Source: Diadema antillarum (lineage: Eukaryota). Taken from it: 64,000 nt of DNA. The position numbers and the translations under genes are program-made. Positions 39,079 to 51,452 of this stretch are shown here, one piece after another (the stretch's first letter is position 1; each line of letters opens with the position of its first letter). The stretch covers positions 1,364,001 to 1,428,000 of the forward strand of contig NW_027270931.1 of NCBI RefSeq assembly GCF_040938485.1. Reading direction: 5' to 3'. The notes under the pieces were generated by a model. The model did not search any database. It saw only the letters and a list, made by a program, of their open reading frames with translations, and was not told the origin of the DNA.

Positions 39079-39629
39079 GGTGACCACACGAAGTTCATTC
39101 AATTCTTTTGAATAAACAGAATGCATGGGAACGCTAAGTGTTGTCGGGGAGTCGTTCATGTAAAGGTGAAATGTCCTTTTCACATGTATTATTGCTTTTG
39201 CCCCTTTTCCATACTACTTTTCTTCTCCTCCTCATCTTCATATCCTTTTCATAATCTTCTCTTTATTCGCCTTCTGATATGTCCTCGTAGTTTAAATATA
39301 CCACAAAGACTATCGTTTCTGTTCTATTCTCTGACAATTGGAGCGTCGTTGCAGTCATACGTTTCTGTTTATTCCCCCATTTTTCCTGCGTTGTTTAGTC
39401 TTCACTTCCTGCGTCCGTTCGCTTCTCAGTTACTACATCTGTAATACACTTCACAACAATGCCGACATCAAGAATGCGAGCAATTCAAAGTCCATTACTG
39501 GTTGGCAATGGAAACTCCTTATATCAATGCAAATCTGCAAGGACTACAACACGTCAAAAGAACAGAGCAACATCCACATATTAACTTATTCCAGGGAGGT
39601 GAGAGGGTCACCTCCCTGCTTATTCTTAC

Positions 39630-39745
39630 CTGTTTCATGGAATCCACCGCTGTGATGTTGGAAGGCAGTACGATTTTATGTCTGCTACGTTTGTTGAGCC
39701 TTTGACAGTAAGACGATCGGATTTTTGTTTTTTGCCAACTTCATC
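39630..39745 (-). other. Putative non-coding leader exon of SDR-3 (5' boundary approximate)
   Basis: AAACAG|GTAAG donor at 39630/39629; homologous to the other leader blocks. Confidence 0.55.
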
Positions 39746-39905
39746 AACCATGGGGCCATGAATCAACCCAAGGTCAATGTTCAGCACCCGCCGCACACTA
39801 TACGATCTGATCAGTCGTACGACCTTTACACCGGAGATGTGACATCACCAGTCTTGCCAGTTTCAGTCGTACGACTGGGTCTGATGGCACGAATACGTAA
39901 TAATA

Positions 39906-39912
<7 letters not shown>

Positions 39913-39980
<68 letters not shown>

Positions 39981-40000
39981 CGCGAGAGAGAGGGAGAGAG
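39913..40000. repeat. (GA)n microsatellite; (AT)n tracts follow at ~40169-40200, ~40272-40335 and ~40675-40720
   Basis: Seen directly. Confidence 0.95.
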
Positions 40001-40165
40001 AGAAGGACGAAAATACAATTTACATAGTGTCTGTGTGTGTGCGGTTGCGTATGTGTGCGCGTGTTCGTGTAAAGCAAACAAGTCAGGAGCCCAGATGGCA
40101 AACAAAATGACCTCAGATAAAAACCTACACCAAAAGAGGGGGTCAACTGTGGAAAGGCGGAATTG

Positions 40166-40204
<39 letters not shown>

Positions 40205-40268
40205 TTATTTATTTATAGTGACAGCAATGGACTTGACCAGGACATGGTGGAGCGGTGCAAGGACAATA

Positions 40269-40323
<55 letters not shown>

Positions 40324-40331
40324 ATAATATA

Positions 40332-40629
40332 TATAAGAAGAATGAGTCTAAAATACGCCATCTGTAGATCCAACAAGAAGGTTTTTATTCTCAAAATTTT
40401 CAACCCGCCTTGGGCCTTCGTCAGTGTAGTGTATACTAGTACAATAATAAGAAAGTCTTTACAAACATGAATCATCATAACATCATAACAATACTCTGCA
40501 GAGCTTTGCAGAGCATTGTTATGATGTTATGTTGTTACGGGTTGAAAACGAGGCGGATTGAAAATTTTGTGAATGAAAACCTTCTTGTTGAATCTACATA
40601 TGGCGTATTTGAGACTCATTCTTCTTATA
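40332..40629. mobile_element. ~300-bp MITE with ~80-bp TIRs inserted in an (AT)n tract
   Basis: TATAAGAAGAATGAGTC…TTTTCAACCCGCC inverted at 40552..40629. Confidence 0.75.
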
Positions 40630-40671
40630 ATTACAACAATCGAAGTCCAACACGTGGAAAATTCCAAGATG

Positions 40672-40723
<52 letters not shown>

Positions 40724-41329
40724 AAGATGCTCTCATATTTCTTTAGAAGTAACACTTTCCGTTTCTTTACTCCTGAATCTATCACTTATTTCCTTCATGT
40801 AAATAGTTACCAAAATACTTTGTATGAAATCAGAATCAGATTGATTGCTTGAAAATTGGATCATCTTTGCGAGTATCAGGTGTCTGTTTTAACAACAAGT
40901 CTGGAAGACGTTTGGTAGCAGGAATAACTATTCCATTATGACATCTTGAACACTGAGGGATATTTGCTCGTATTTATTTCTTTATCTATTTGAAATCATG
41001 TAATCTGCGTAAATCGCGAAACAAAATATAGAAATTTACTAATTTGAGACTGAAAGAGTGATTATTACCTGCTACAAGTGCAGTTGCCAATTATATAAAG
41101 TACTTTTAATGAAGGAACAGGATACTTTTAGAATGAATTATGTCACTAAAACAACGGTATTATATGACCGAACAAGGCCAAAGATGAAAGAGAGGTTTTC
41201 ATACTAGTTTAAAATCTACTAACAATAAATAAAGCAATTCTATATTATAGTGAAAAGAACGGTGCGGCATCAAACGGCAAAATGTCTTTTTTGGCATGGG
41301 TGCATGGATTTCATTCAACTGACTTTTTA

Positions 41330-41940
41330 CGAAGGAGTTCCGAATTTCAATTACAGGCAAGAGCCTGTTATCAAAGAAGGACATATATGTACAAAGGTCT
41401 ACAGTCTTTGGAACACTTCTCTAACAAGTAATTATAGGAATGAGTCTATATCACGAGTGATAGGTTCACTCAGGAGAACGATGGAATGCACGGATAACAC
41501 CAATGCTGACTGGTCCATCAGAGACGCGAAGCAAGTCTACTTAATGTTACAAGGCAGACATTGCCGTTGGTAGCTGCAGAAGATTTACCGTGTAATCAAA
41601 AGGCAATTTCAATGATAACTGAACACTCATCACACATTGGAATCATTAGACAGTTTTTATCTCTGAGTAATCTCAACTCTAAGTTAAAAAAGGAACACTT
41701 ATAGAGCTGACCCCTAAATGTCACACCACAAACGTCTTTTAGCTTTACGAGAGTGACCCCGTCCCGAACACAGTGAATGTTTGAAAGTAGAGCAATCTTT
41801 TCAATTGCAATGGTGAATAACCAACCCCTACGTTTATTTTTTATCCTAAATTTCTACAAATATTCCAACGTGATAAAGGGAGTTCATAGATAGTTCATGA
41901 ACTGGCATATCCTGATAAAACGACAATGCTTCCGGAATTT
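41330..41940 (+). pseudogene. Partial candidate GPCR pseudogene downstream of SDR-4
   Basis: Collinear with the other blocks; GVP-N (41334), IAVGSCR (41560..41580), LSLSNL, SEC; homology lost after ~41940. Confidence 0.4.
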
Positions 41941-42432
41941 ATGGGCAAGCAAGTTTGGCATGGACCTTGTTCGTTGAAGGTTCATTGTTATGGTAAGTGC
42001 TTCATTTTATTATTCAAATAGGCCCTACTGCTAGCTAAGTGTAGTGATTACTTTCGCCGTAAAACTTGCGGATTAAAAAGGTACCCGAAGAACATAATGC
42101 GGATGAAGGAGAGTACAAGTTGGAATCGAAGGAGAATATTTCATCAAAACCGGACCACAATAGGAAGAACGACAAAACGACAAGCAGTTATTAAAGATTG
42201 TCACTTTATTAGGTCTTTCAACCAGCACTTTTGACACCTTAATGCCTGCAACACACAGCTTGATACCTGTTTATACTTATCGGTCATCCGCACGAAGTTA
42301 CGCAATCCTGTGATTCTGAAATAGGACTGATGTGCAGCGTTAAAAATAACAGATACTCAGCGCATTATGTTTGAGAAACAAAGGCAAGGGTATGAAAGTC
42401 TTTTATGAAGAAGTGTATTTTTTTAAAAGAAA

Positions 42433-42635
42433 ATGTTCGTTTATCCGCAAACGAAATAACCTTTGTCGTTTCAAATTTTCGTTAATCCGACATGAAAACA
42501 AGGTGGGTATACGAACGAACTATCGGAATGACGAACTTGATTTCGTTTTCAGATTATCGTATCTTCGGAATAGCGCTTCTTTTTTGGGGGGTCATTTTCA
42601 GAATAACAAACCATCGGAATAACGAAAGTAACCGT
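42433..42635. mobile_element. MITE with TTCGTT..TCCG / CGGAATAACGAA repeats
   Basis: Same motif family as 29690..30483. Confidence 0.5.
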
Positions 42636-43209
42636 CAGGTGGCTGAACACCAGGTCGTCGACCTCTTTTGTCATCAACTCGTCGACCGCCTTGATCGGCT
42701 CTCATGGTGGGAAACGTAGAGATGACTTAGGACAGAAATCGGAGTTGACTTCAGTCTGACTATCAATAGAAAATGAGGCCTTCGAGAGGAAACGCCAGAA
42801 TCCACACGATCCCTTGATAGTTAGAATATTCTGTCGAATGAAGAGTTACAACTTTGCTGCATCCGTTGGAGAATGACTTTCGACACGGTAGACACCCTTA
42901 ACCCTGTTTAATAATGACCATGCAAAATCTTTATTGAAAATTTACCTTACTTGCATGGGGAAGATTTACTTCAATACTTGACCATTGATTATCTATTCCG
43001 TGTGTTTTTCTATTCTTTAGGGAGAGGAGAAAATCGAAGGTTCTAAAACATATCACTCAATCAAATGTATTCACAATAATGCATGGACCAATTACGTACG
43101 CGTATACACCCGAGCACATTGATGACGATCAGACTTTGTTTCATTAACATCATTAATTATCATAGATATTTATTGTTTTTAAAAGCTCCTGCGCATATAT
43201 CCGATCTAT

Positions 43210-46200
43210 TTATACAGCCCCTATCAACTTGCGTAGTGCGGCGATAGATTTCTCCCCCGTCAGGTCGGCAACCGATTCTTCCAGGGCCTCCTTGGTCTCA
43301 GGGGGAGCGACCAGGTGTCTGAAAACCGGGTCTTCGACTTCAATGCATTTCGTAACCAAGACTTCGACCACGTCGTCTACTGAAAGAGCGGGGAACTTTG
43401 ACGCTAGGTCGCAAAGGAATTTTAGCTGTCGTCTGTCGATTTCGTGAATGGTGTCGTCATTAATCAGGGCATTGCGTGCTGACAAACCCGATGGTAACAT
43501 TCTTGTATTAACGAGAGTAGGTTCAATCATGCACACCCTGTTCAGAGTAAAATAAATAAAACACACATATCAAGTTAAACATACTTTCACTTTCCATAGT
43601 CATGTTTACAGCGACAGACAAACAGTAATAATATACATAAACTGTACACAGCAAGATTGTTGCTACTGAGTGGCAAAGTTTTGAAAATAGTTTGTATTAG
43701 TCTGTCGATCCAAGAGAAACAAAACTAAGCCGAATCTGGAATCTGTAAAATTCGATTAGATAGTATATTCTTAAGTATTAATTCTCTATTGAATCGAATC
43801 TAATCAAATATCAAGTATCTAAACAAATTCAATGAGAAAAGAATGAAGGGCTTTCTCAACCGAATCTGCACTTTCTACATAGAGGGGGATTCAATCTAGA
43901 GTTTACATTTGAATATATAGAAAGAATGCAACAATGTTAGTACTAAAGATTAGTGCAGATCGAAGGAAATCGAACAATCAATTAGAAAGATAATTTATGA
44001 CTTTAAAAAAATTTCGAGTGATCCATTTGACGCCATATCATGATAAGATTAGCACTGCATGTCCACTAACCATTAGCCAATAAAAATTCGTGATATCACA
44101 CAATTTCATTTTATTTTTCTGGCATGATGACAGTGCAATCCACGTGATAACATCTTTAAGGAAGCAGGGGAATATTATCCGTAGCATAATTATGTCAGTC
44201 AGAAGTACAAGGAATAAATACTTTCAATGAAAAAGAAATGGAATTCTCTCTACAATGATATAATTTTTTTTCTGTAAATCGTTGTCTACCCGTTACATCA
44301 TGAATTGTTATATTCCTCTAGATGGTGGCGCATGGATTTAATCAACAAGGTTAACGTTAGAAAACGGAACTTTTTGATATACTCCGTACCTGATATTGAA
44401 TGACTTGACAGTGGAGAGTAGTGATTCAAAGAATCCTTCTACGGCAAACTTAGAGGCGCTGTAGAAGTCACCGTAAGGCAAACCTGAAATTCGATGGACA
44501 TTTCTCGTTTATAAGAGGAGCTTGCTTCCAAAAGGCGCTAAACCCATCATTTTTCCATGGGTTTAGCGCCTTTTGGAAGCAATCTCTTCGAATACATGTA
44601 TTATAGTTATAATGTATAGATACACGCCTACCTCACATTTCAGATCTTCGTCCACATATCACTACTGGTTTCTCCAAAAATAAGTATAAATAAGTGAGTG
44701 CAAAACGATGGAACAATTAGCAAGACTGTAGGCATATTTGTTGAGTGAATTCAAGAAAGCTGTGAAACCTTCAAAGCTTTCCTATTTAAGGTGTGTGCTT
44801 ATGTTAATTTGTTATGTTAATCTGTGCTACCCACCAAGTTATTATCTTTTACTCTTTAACACAAAGGGACTGAAGCCAAATGCGCTACAAATGTGATGTT
44901 ATTATAATTGTCATTATTATTATAATTATCATTATTTTCATCATTATAATTATTATCATTATTATTATCATTATTATTGTTTCTATCACTTTTATTTTCA
45001 CGATGATACTATCACAAAGTCTTCTCATTATGTGATGTTTGGAGGGTTTGGATTAACAGTTAGGTCGAACCTGGATGTTATCAATGTACAATTTGGCGAG
45101 GGTACAATGTGTATGTGGGTTGTTCATTGTTGAGTTTTCTTTTTCTTTTTGTAGTAGAAAGGGGCGATGCAAATAAGATGAATGAGGCAAAGTGGAGACT
45201 GGAATTATCTAAGTGAGGTCCATGGTGAACTAGGTGAATGTAGTGGTCAATTATAAACTCAGATGTTTATAATTATTATTTACCAATAGGCATGTTTGGA
45301 ATGACGAAATTTGGCATAAATCTAGTACCTTGCTTTCCCGCCAAACTCGAGACACTGATGATTTTTCCCGCCTTTTTCTGCTTCATGTGAGGGAGTACCG
45401 CCTGAGTGAGTCGAATTGTGCCGATAGTGTTCACATTGAAGATGCTCTCGATCTTGGCACGAGACGCACGTTCTGGGAGATCTGTGGAAGGAACTCCCGC
45501 TATGTTGACTGAACAGAGATCAATATGAGAAAAGGAAATAAACATCACGAGTATCTCATCACAACGCAAATTTTTCAGTCTACCTGTGTCCATTTAAAAG
45601 TCACCAATGTACTGCGGATTTACTTCAGATGACGTCTACATGGCATTTTGACGTACGAAGTAAGCTAGCTTTAGATTCATCACAAGGGCAAAAAGAAAAA
45701 TAACAGCAATCTATGGGAAAAATGCAATGTACCGGTTGATCAGCAGGTTTTGGTCGAGGTATATGAACCTGACGATGGACAGATATTTGGTCAGAAACAA
45801 ACCAACGTATTGATGGACAGGATTAGTATGAATAGGAAAAAACAGCATCTCCAAAATCCAATGGTGATAAGTACTAGAGAGGTACATTCAAAATTGCGGA
45901 GGCCCCAATCACATATAAACACGGATCCTCAAGGATCCACACGGTAATCCGGGGAGATCCGGGGAGATCCGGGATAGTTCGACCTCGATGAAATGTCGAC
46001 GAGCGTTGATATGATATGATATGATACACACGGTATCAACACGGCAGCTACACGGATAAGACCGGAAGAGCCCGGCGTCTTCACGGACAAACACGGCATC
46101 TACACGGATCAACACGGCAGCTACACGGCAGCCACACGGACCATTCCGGATTGCTCTGCCAAGACGGCAATCCCCGGATGACACCGGATGTTTTTGACCT

Positions 46201-47714
46201 CCAAAAGTTGCCGTGTTGGCCTCCAGGATGTCCCCGGATCTACACGGACAAACACGGATATCCAAGGCGTGAACACGGGTCTCTCCCCGGATCCTGGGAG
46301 ATCCGGGAAGATCCTGGGAGATCCGGGAAGATCCTGGGAGATCCGGGAAGATCCGGGGAGATCCGGGATAGTTTCGACCTCGATGGAGTGTCGACAAGCG
46401 TTGATATGACTGTACACACGGCATCAACACGGCAGCTACACGGATAAGGCCGGAAGAGCGCGGCGTCTTCACGGACAAACCGTCCCGGATTGCTCTGCCA
46501 ACACGGCAATCCCCGGATGACGCCGGATGTTTTTGACCTCCAAAAGTCAAAAGTTGCCGTGTTGGACTCCCGGATGTCCCCGGATCTACACGGCCGGACA
46601 TACACGGATGTCCAAGGATGTTCAAGGCGTCAACACGGATCTCTCCCCGGATCATCCCGGATCAGATCCGGGATGGTCCGGGGTGATCCGGGACGTCTAT
46701 GTGACTGGGGCATTAGAGAAGAAAATTACACTTTCACAAGTCAGCTGCATGTTGTCATACTTCCTTCTCGATTGGCGTGATTGGAAGAATGTTTTACGAG
46801 CCTAATTTACTAAGTGTGCGATTCCACACCACGTTCAGTGGACTTTACTAGATTACTAGATACAGTATAGGATGAGATCAGAAACAGAATGTCAGGAATT
46901 CAGTCAAAATCACACTACTAAAAAGAAAATGAGGGTTCCGCTTTCATAGAGGGGAAGCGAATATAATTTTTGAAGTTTTGATATAGCCTGCGCCCGAATT
47001 CGGGTTGGTCTGTCATGGTTTGTCATAACGGCGGTAACAAAACACTGCAATACACCGAAATCTGCAAATAAATAGTTCATATCTGCACAAATCAGAAATG
47101 TTAACAAATTTTCCCACTTGAGATAAAACCAAAGCCAAAAACCTATAGTCTATGTATTGAGTCTACTGCCTTTAGAGGACTCAGGTAAGAAATAAAAGCG
47201 TTTAAACCTTTGAATATCAAAAATGCATTCCACTCGAAAAAGAGGAATAACCCAGTTCAGGTGAAATGCTGCCAGCTGCATTTTAGCGGCAATACCAACA
47301 GTGAAATAACAAGGTAATTAAGGTAAACCTGTGGATCTTTCTTTTCATTTTTCTGGCGAGAAATATACCCTGCCAAGTTCACAGGTCTAGGTCGAGAATA
47401 ACTACTGGTCGTGCAGTGACAGTAACTGTTGAGCCCAGCAATTACTCACTAAGAACATCGATGCCTCCGTGTGTCTTAATGACGTCATCAAGTACTCGTG
47501 TGATGTCTTCATCCTTGGTGATGTCCATCTCCTTGATGACGATTGTCTTGTCAATAGCGTCCCCAACGGCGGCAACTAACTCGGCCTTTTCTGCCATGGC
47601 AATGACGGTAGCGATGACAAGGTAGCGTTGATCGGGGTCTTGTGCGAGACGTCGAGCCGTAGAGAGCCCGATACCCGACGAACATCCAGTCACGAGTACT
47701 ACTTTAGGAGCCAT
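43210..47714 (-). CDS. SDR-4: RDH8/HSD17B1-like SDR, 288 aa; exons complement(47450..47714, 45329..45508, 44390..44483, 43210..43537)
   Basis: Canonical splice sites and the same exon sizes; TGCSSGIG, NIAG, VSSLAG, YSASK; ends LRKLIGAV*. Confidence 0.92.
44522..44582. repeat. Perfect 26-bp inverted repeat with a 9-nt loop
   Basis: TTGCTTCCAAAAGGCGCTAAACCCAT / ATGGGTTTAGCGCCTTTTGGAAGCAA. Confidence 0.9.
45902..46711. mobile_element. PIF/Harbinger-like non-autonomous element with internal GATCC(G/T)GGGA decamers and a duplicated ~350-400-bp unit, SDR-4 intron 1
   Basis: GCCCCA(A/G)TCACATA TIRs; absent from the homologous SDR-3 intron; no clear TSD. Confidence 0.55.
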
Positions 47715-48388
47715 GGTAACCTTATGAAGTTTACCGAGTTCTTTTGTGGTAAACAGAATGCACGGGAACATGTTAATCTCAATGTTTAATATTGTCGGGA
47801 GTCATTCATGTAATGATAAAATAATAATTTCACACGTTAATCATAATTGTTTTTGACCGGAAAGCGAGGCTGGTTAAGTTTATCATCCCTCATTTTATTT
47901 TCCATGTATTGCGCTTTTCTTCGCCTTCTCATTTTCATCTACCTTTCCTACATATTGTGTCTTCTTTCCATTCAACTGCTGATAGGCCTTCATAGTTTAA
48001 GTGTGCAAGTTAAACGTCATGTTCTCCTCTCTGACAACGGTCTGCTTAGATTTAATTGGAGCGTCGATTCAGTCAATACAGTACTGTTTATTCCCCCATT
48101 TCCTGCGATGTGAACTCTTCGCTTCTAGCCGTGCCCGTTCGCTTCTCAGTTTAATTTAGGCGCCTACTACCACTACTACACGATACATCTCTAACACTTC
48201 AAACCAATGACGACACCAAGAACGCGAGTAATCCAAAGTCCATCACATTATGTTGCATCTTTTTTACACGTACGCTGGCTTACAATGGTACCATCATATA
48301 AATATCTACGAATGCAAAAACACGGGTCTACAAACTACAATACGTCGAAAGAATAGAGCAGCATGCACGTATCAGAGTGTATTCTCAC

Positions 48389-48505
48389 CTGTTGCCGGTT
48401 GTATGGAACGGCAGTGCGATTTTGTGTGTGCACCGTCCGCTGTGCTTTTCACCAATGAGTAGAAGAGAATATTTTCGGCGAAATGACGTTTTAGTTTCAG
48501 CCGAC
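48389..48505 (-). other. Putative non-coding leader exon of SDR-4 (5' boundary approximate)
   Basis: GGCAACAG|GTGAG donor at 48389/48388; homologous to the other leader blocks. Confidence 0.6.
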
Positions 48506-49491
48506 TTCCATCGACCATGGAGTTAGTAGCCCTGAATCAACCTCAGGTCAACAGGACAGTACATCATTGCCAGATACCCGAGGGTTAAAGTCTATGTGTG
48601 CTTAACACATATTTTTAATCTGCCATAGCGTGAATATATGGTGTTTTATTGTGGGTTTTTTTTCTCATGTGTGACTTCGCGAACGCATCATAATACCTGA
48701 TGTGCGTGAAGACTTTCTCAATAGACATTCTGCAAGATTACGTTTACACACCAAAAAAGAAAAAGAAAAGAAAATCACTGTTACTCCTGCGTCGTAAATA
48801 AAATAATAAAATAAAATAAAAGTCAATATTTCATGTAGGTGAAAGAATGGAATACATGCAGCATCATAATATATCCATCTCTCATGACAAACAAGAACAT
48901 AAACACACTCACACGTACAAACAGAAAAAGAAGCACAGAAAAGGGGAGTGGCAGAAATAAATACTGATGAAGAGAAAAAAGAGCGACAGGGAGAGAGAGA
49001 GAAAGTATATAAGAGAGGGAGAGAGAGGGACGATAATGCAAAACGTGTGTTACGAAAAGTGTGTCTGTGTTTGTGTGTGCGTGTTTGTGTGAAAAATTGA
49101 GTTGTACTTTAAGGAAACCAAAACCCCAAGAGGAATGTGGATTGAGTGAAAGCAGCAACATTAGTAGAACACATGAGTGAAAGTTTGAGGACAATCGATG
49201 CAATAGATTAGTGTTTTCTGAACTTGGAAACTTCTGTTTAAAAAAGGAAATCATTTAACCCTTGAAGTCCTCAATATAACAATATGTAATGTTGCACGTT
49301 TATGTTATTTTTGTCTCTTATTGTATTTCATGAAGTAAGCTTAAACTTCTCTCTCATCTTTAGACCCATATTTTGTCTTTTTTTTTTGTACCGTTGATTA
49401 TTTCGGTTGCAGAATTTGTTTCTACAACTTACAAGAATGGTTGCTTTGATGTATGATCACCCTTTAAATTGGAAAAGCATTTTAGGAGATT

Positions 49492-50069
49492 AACGTTGTG
49501 ATGCAAATTTATGAAGTTCTTCCGTCGAGATGTTTTCATTGCAACTGATTGACAAATTGCCCTACATCGACGTAAATAAGCACTGAATTGATCAGTGTTT
49601 TAGTAGTAGCCATGATAAAAAATCATGGGCGTACATACTCGAGCAGGATTCGAACCCACGACCTCCTGATCACCGGACAGGCGTCACCTCCACTAGACCA
49701 CCGAGCTTTCGCCCGACAGCAAGTGTTGGTTCTAATCCTTATAGCATGCAGCGGGTACTGCTTTGTTATTCAAATTTATGAAGTTCTTCCGTCGAGATGT
49801 TTTCATTGCAACTGATTGACAAATTGCCCTACATCGACGTAAATAAGCACTGAATTGATCAGTGCTTTCAACACTTGCTGTCGGGCGAAAGCTCGGTAAT
49901 CTAGTGGAGATGACGCCTGTCCGGTGATCAGGAGGTCGTGGGTTCGAATCCTGCTCGAGTATGTACGCCCATGATTTTTTATCATGGCTACTACTAAAAC
50001 ACTGATCAATTCAGTGCTTATTTACGTCGATGTAGGGCAATTTGTCAATCAGTTGCAACGTTGTGATGC
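49492..50069. mobile_element. tRNA-derived SINE-like element in a direct-plus-inverted arrangement, flanked by a 13-bp direct repeat
   Basis: tRNA-like heads with A box TGGTCTAGTGG and B box GGTTCGAATCC at 49636..49707(-) and 49890..49961(+); 190-bp inverted arms 49539..49728 / 49869..50058 (3 mismatches); 94-bp direct repeat 49504..49597 / 49771..49864; AACGTTGTGATGC at 49492 and 50057. Confidence 0.8.
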
Positions 50070-51329
50070 TTCACGATTATGATTTATGTTGTAAAATACC
50101 CACTACCTGGGTTACACCCGATTCCTAATGTGCAATAGCTACTCGTAGTCGACCCGGGGATAGCCCCCTTTTTTTCAATTGAAGCCATCTATGACACTGA
50201 CCCGGTATGACAATTTCAGGCAAAGCATGTGGGGATTATTTACAGGCTCGCCATTCTTTGAAAATACAGTGTAGTGTTGAAAGATTCGGAATGACGATAC
50301 GGCACTGATCAATTCAAAAGAGACCCATATTTATCATTTATATCATTGTTCATTTCGGTTGCAGAACCATGCGTTCGGTTCCGATTTTTTTTTTTCACTT
50401 CCCACCTTTCCTTCGGTTAGGTTTTTCCTGATGTTAACTTTGTTTGTCAGAATTGCTACTGAATTTATTGTACTTAAGAAAAGATGTACGATATTATTTG
50501 GCCCCATGGCAGAATAGAATCATTCTAACAATGGATCTGAAATGTAATCTATTTTGTAATCTTTTTTGAATCTGAATCTATTTTGTAATCTTTTTTGAAT
50601 CTGAATCTATTTTGTAATCTTTGACTATTCATGTATGATATAAGTATTTTTGTGTATTTTTCTAAAGAAAAATGGAAAATAAACAATCAGAACAAAAACA
50701 AACAAGGCAAATAAACGATTATGTCGAGCTCTCCACAGCTGGTGCCATCTCTGTTCTCTCCCTCTCTCTCTCTCCCTCACACACACACACACATACACAC
50801 ACACACACAAACAAACACACACTCTCTATGTTTTCTCTCTTGTCTGTGTATCTTGTCTTTGTGTCCTTGTGTGTGTTTGTTTGTGTGTGTGGTAGTCTGT
50901 TTAAAGATCGAGGGATGGAGAAAATATCATGACGCTTTTTATCCGTGCCATATTCATTGCTTAAACATTGTTTGGAATTCTGACCAAAATAAGATTTGAT
51001 CATAACGTAAACTTGATTGAACGTTAATCTGAGATTTGACAACACTTTCTTTTGTGATATTTTGTTCATTAGTAATATCTCTCACATCCCTAAATCTCAA
51101 TTTCAATGTAGTCCCGAATAGATCTATTTCAAACTCAGTCACGAATAGATTTCAAACTGTGTATTTAGCTTATGTTGGGAAAAAAAAGCCAACTTCATTC
51201 CCAAATGGAAACTTGAACTTTAACCGTAATCTGATCTCGCGATTGTAATATGTCCTTGTATGTGTGACCTCGGTCTGTGACCGAGTCTGTGATCGGTGTG
51301 TGACCTTTAGGTCTTCCGAAACTCCAAAG

Positions 51330-51452
51330 CAGAAAAATATTCTGGCCGTCTCACTGGAACATACCATTGGCATCCAAAGCAACGGACGGAGCACACAGAT
51401 GATCGTACTGCCATCTAAACTACCCCGTTGAAATTCAGGCTAGTGGCAACAG
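51330..51452 (+). other. Putative non-coding leader exon of SDR-5 (5' boundary approximate)
   Basis: GGCAACAG|GTGAG donor at 51452/51453; matches the reverse complement of the SDR-4 leader (GAAAATATTCT...CGGACGG.GCACACA...ATCG.ACTGCC). Confidence 0.6.

Noticed and set aside
45945-46690. CRISPR-like or regularly spaced repeat array
   Set aside because: Eukaryotic context, no unique spacers; simple internal tandem repeats.
45909-46805. Long overlapping ORFs (up to 248 aa; SPDLPGSPRI repeats)
   Set aside because: They result from stop-poor GC-rich decamer repeats inside a TIR-bounded element; open in many frames with no recognisable domain.
49890-49961. tRNA-Thr(GGT)-like gene, and its inverted copy at 49636..49707
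   Set aside because: C at position 33, weak acceptor and anticodon stem pairing, A-box mutations in the plus copy, and embedding in a larger repeated unit with a TSD; treated as a SINE head.
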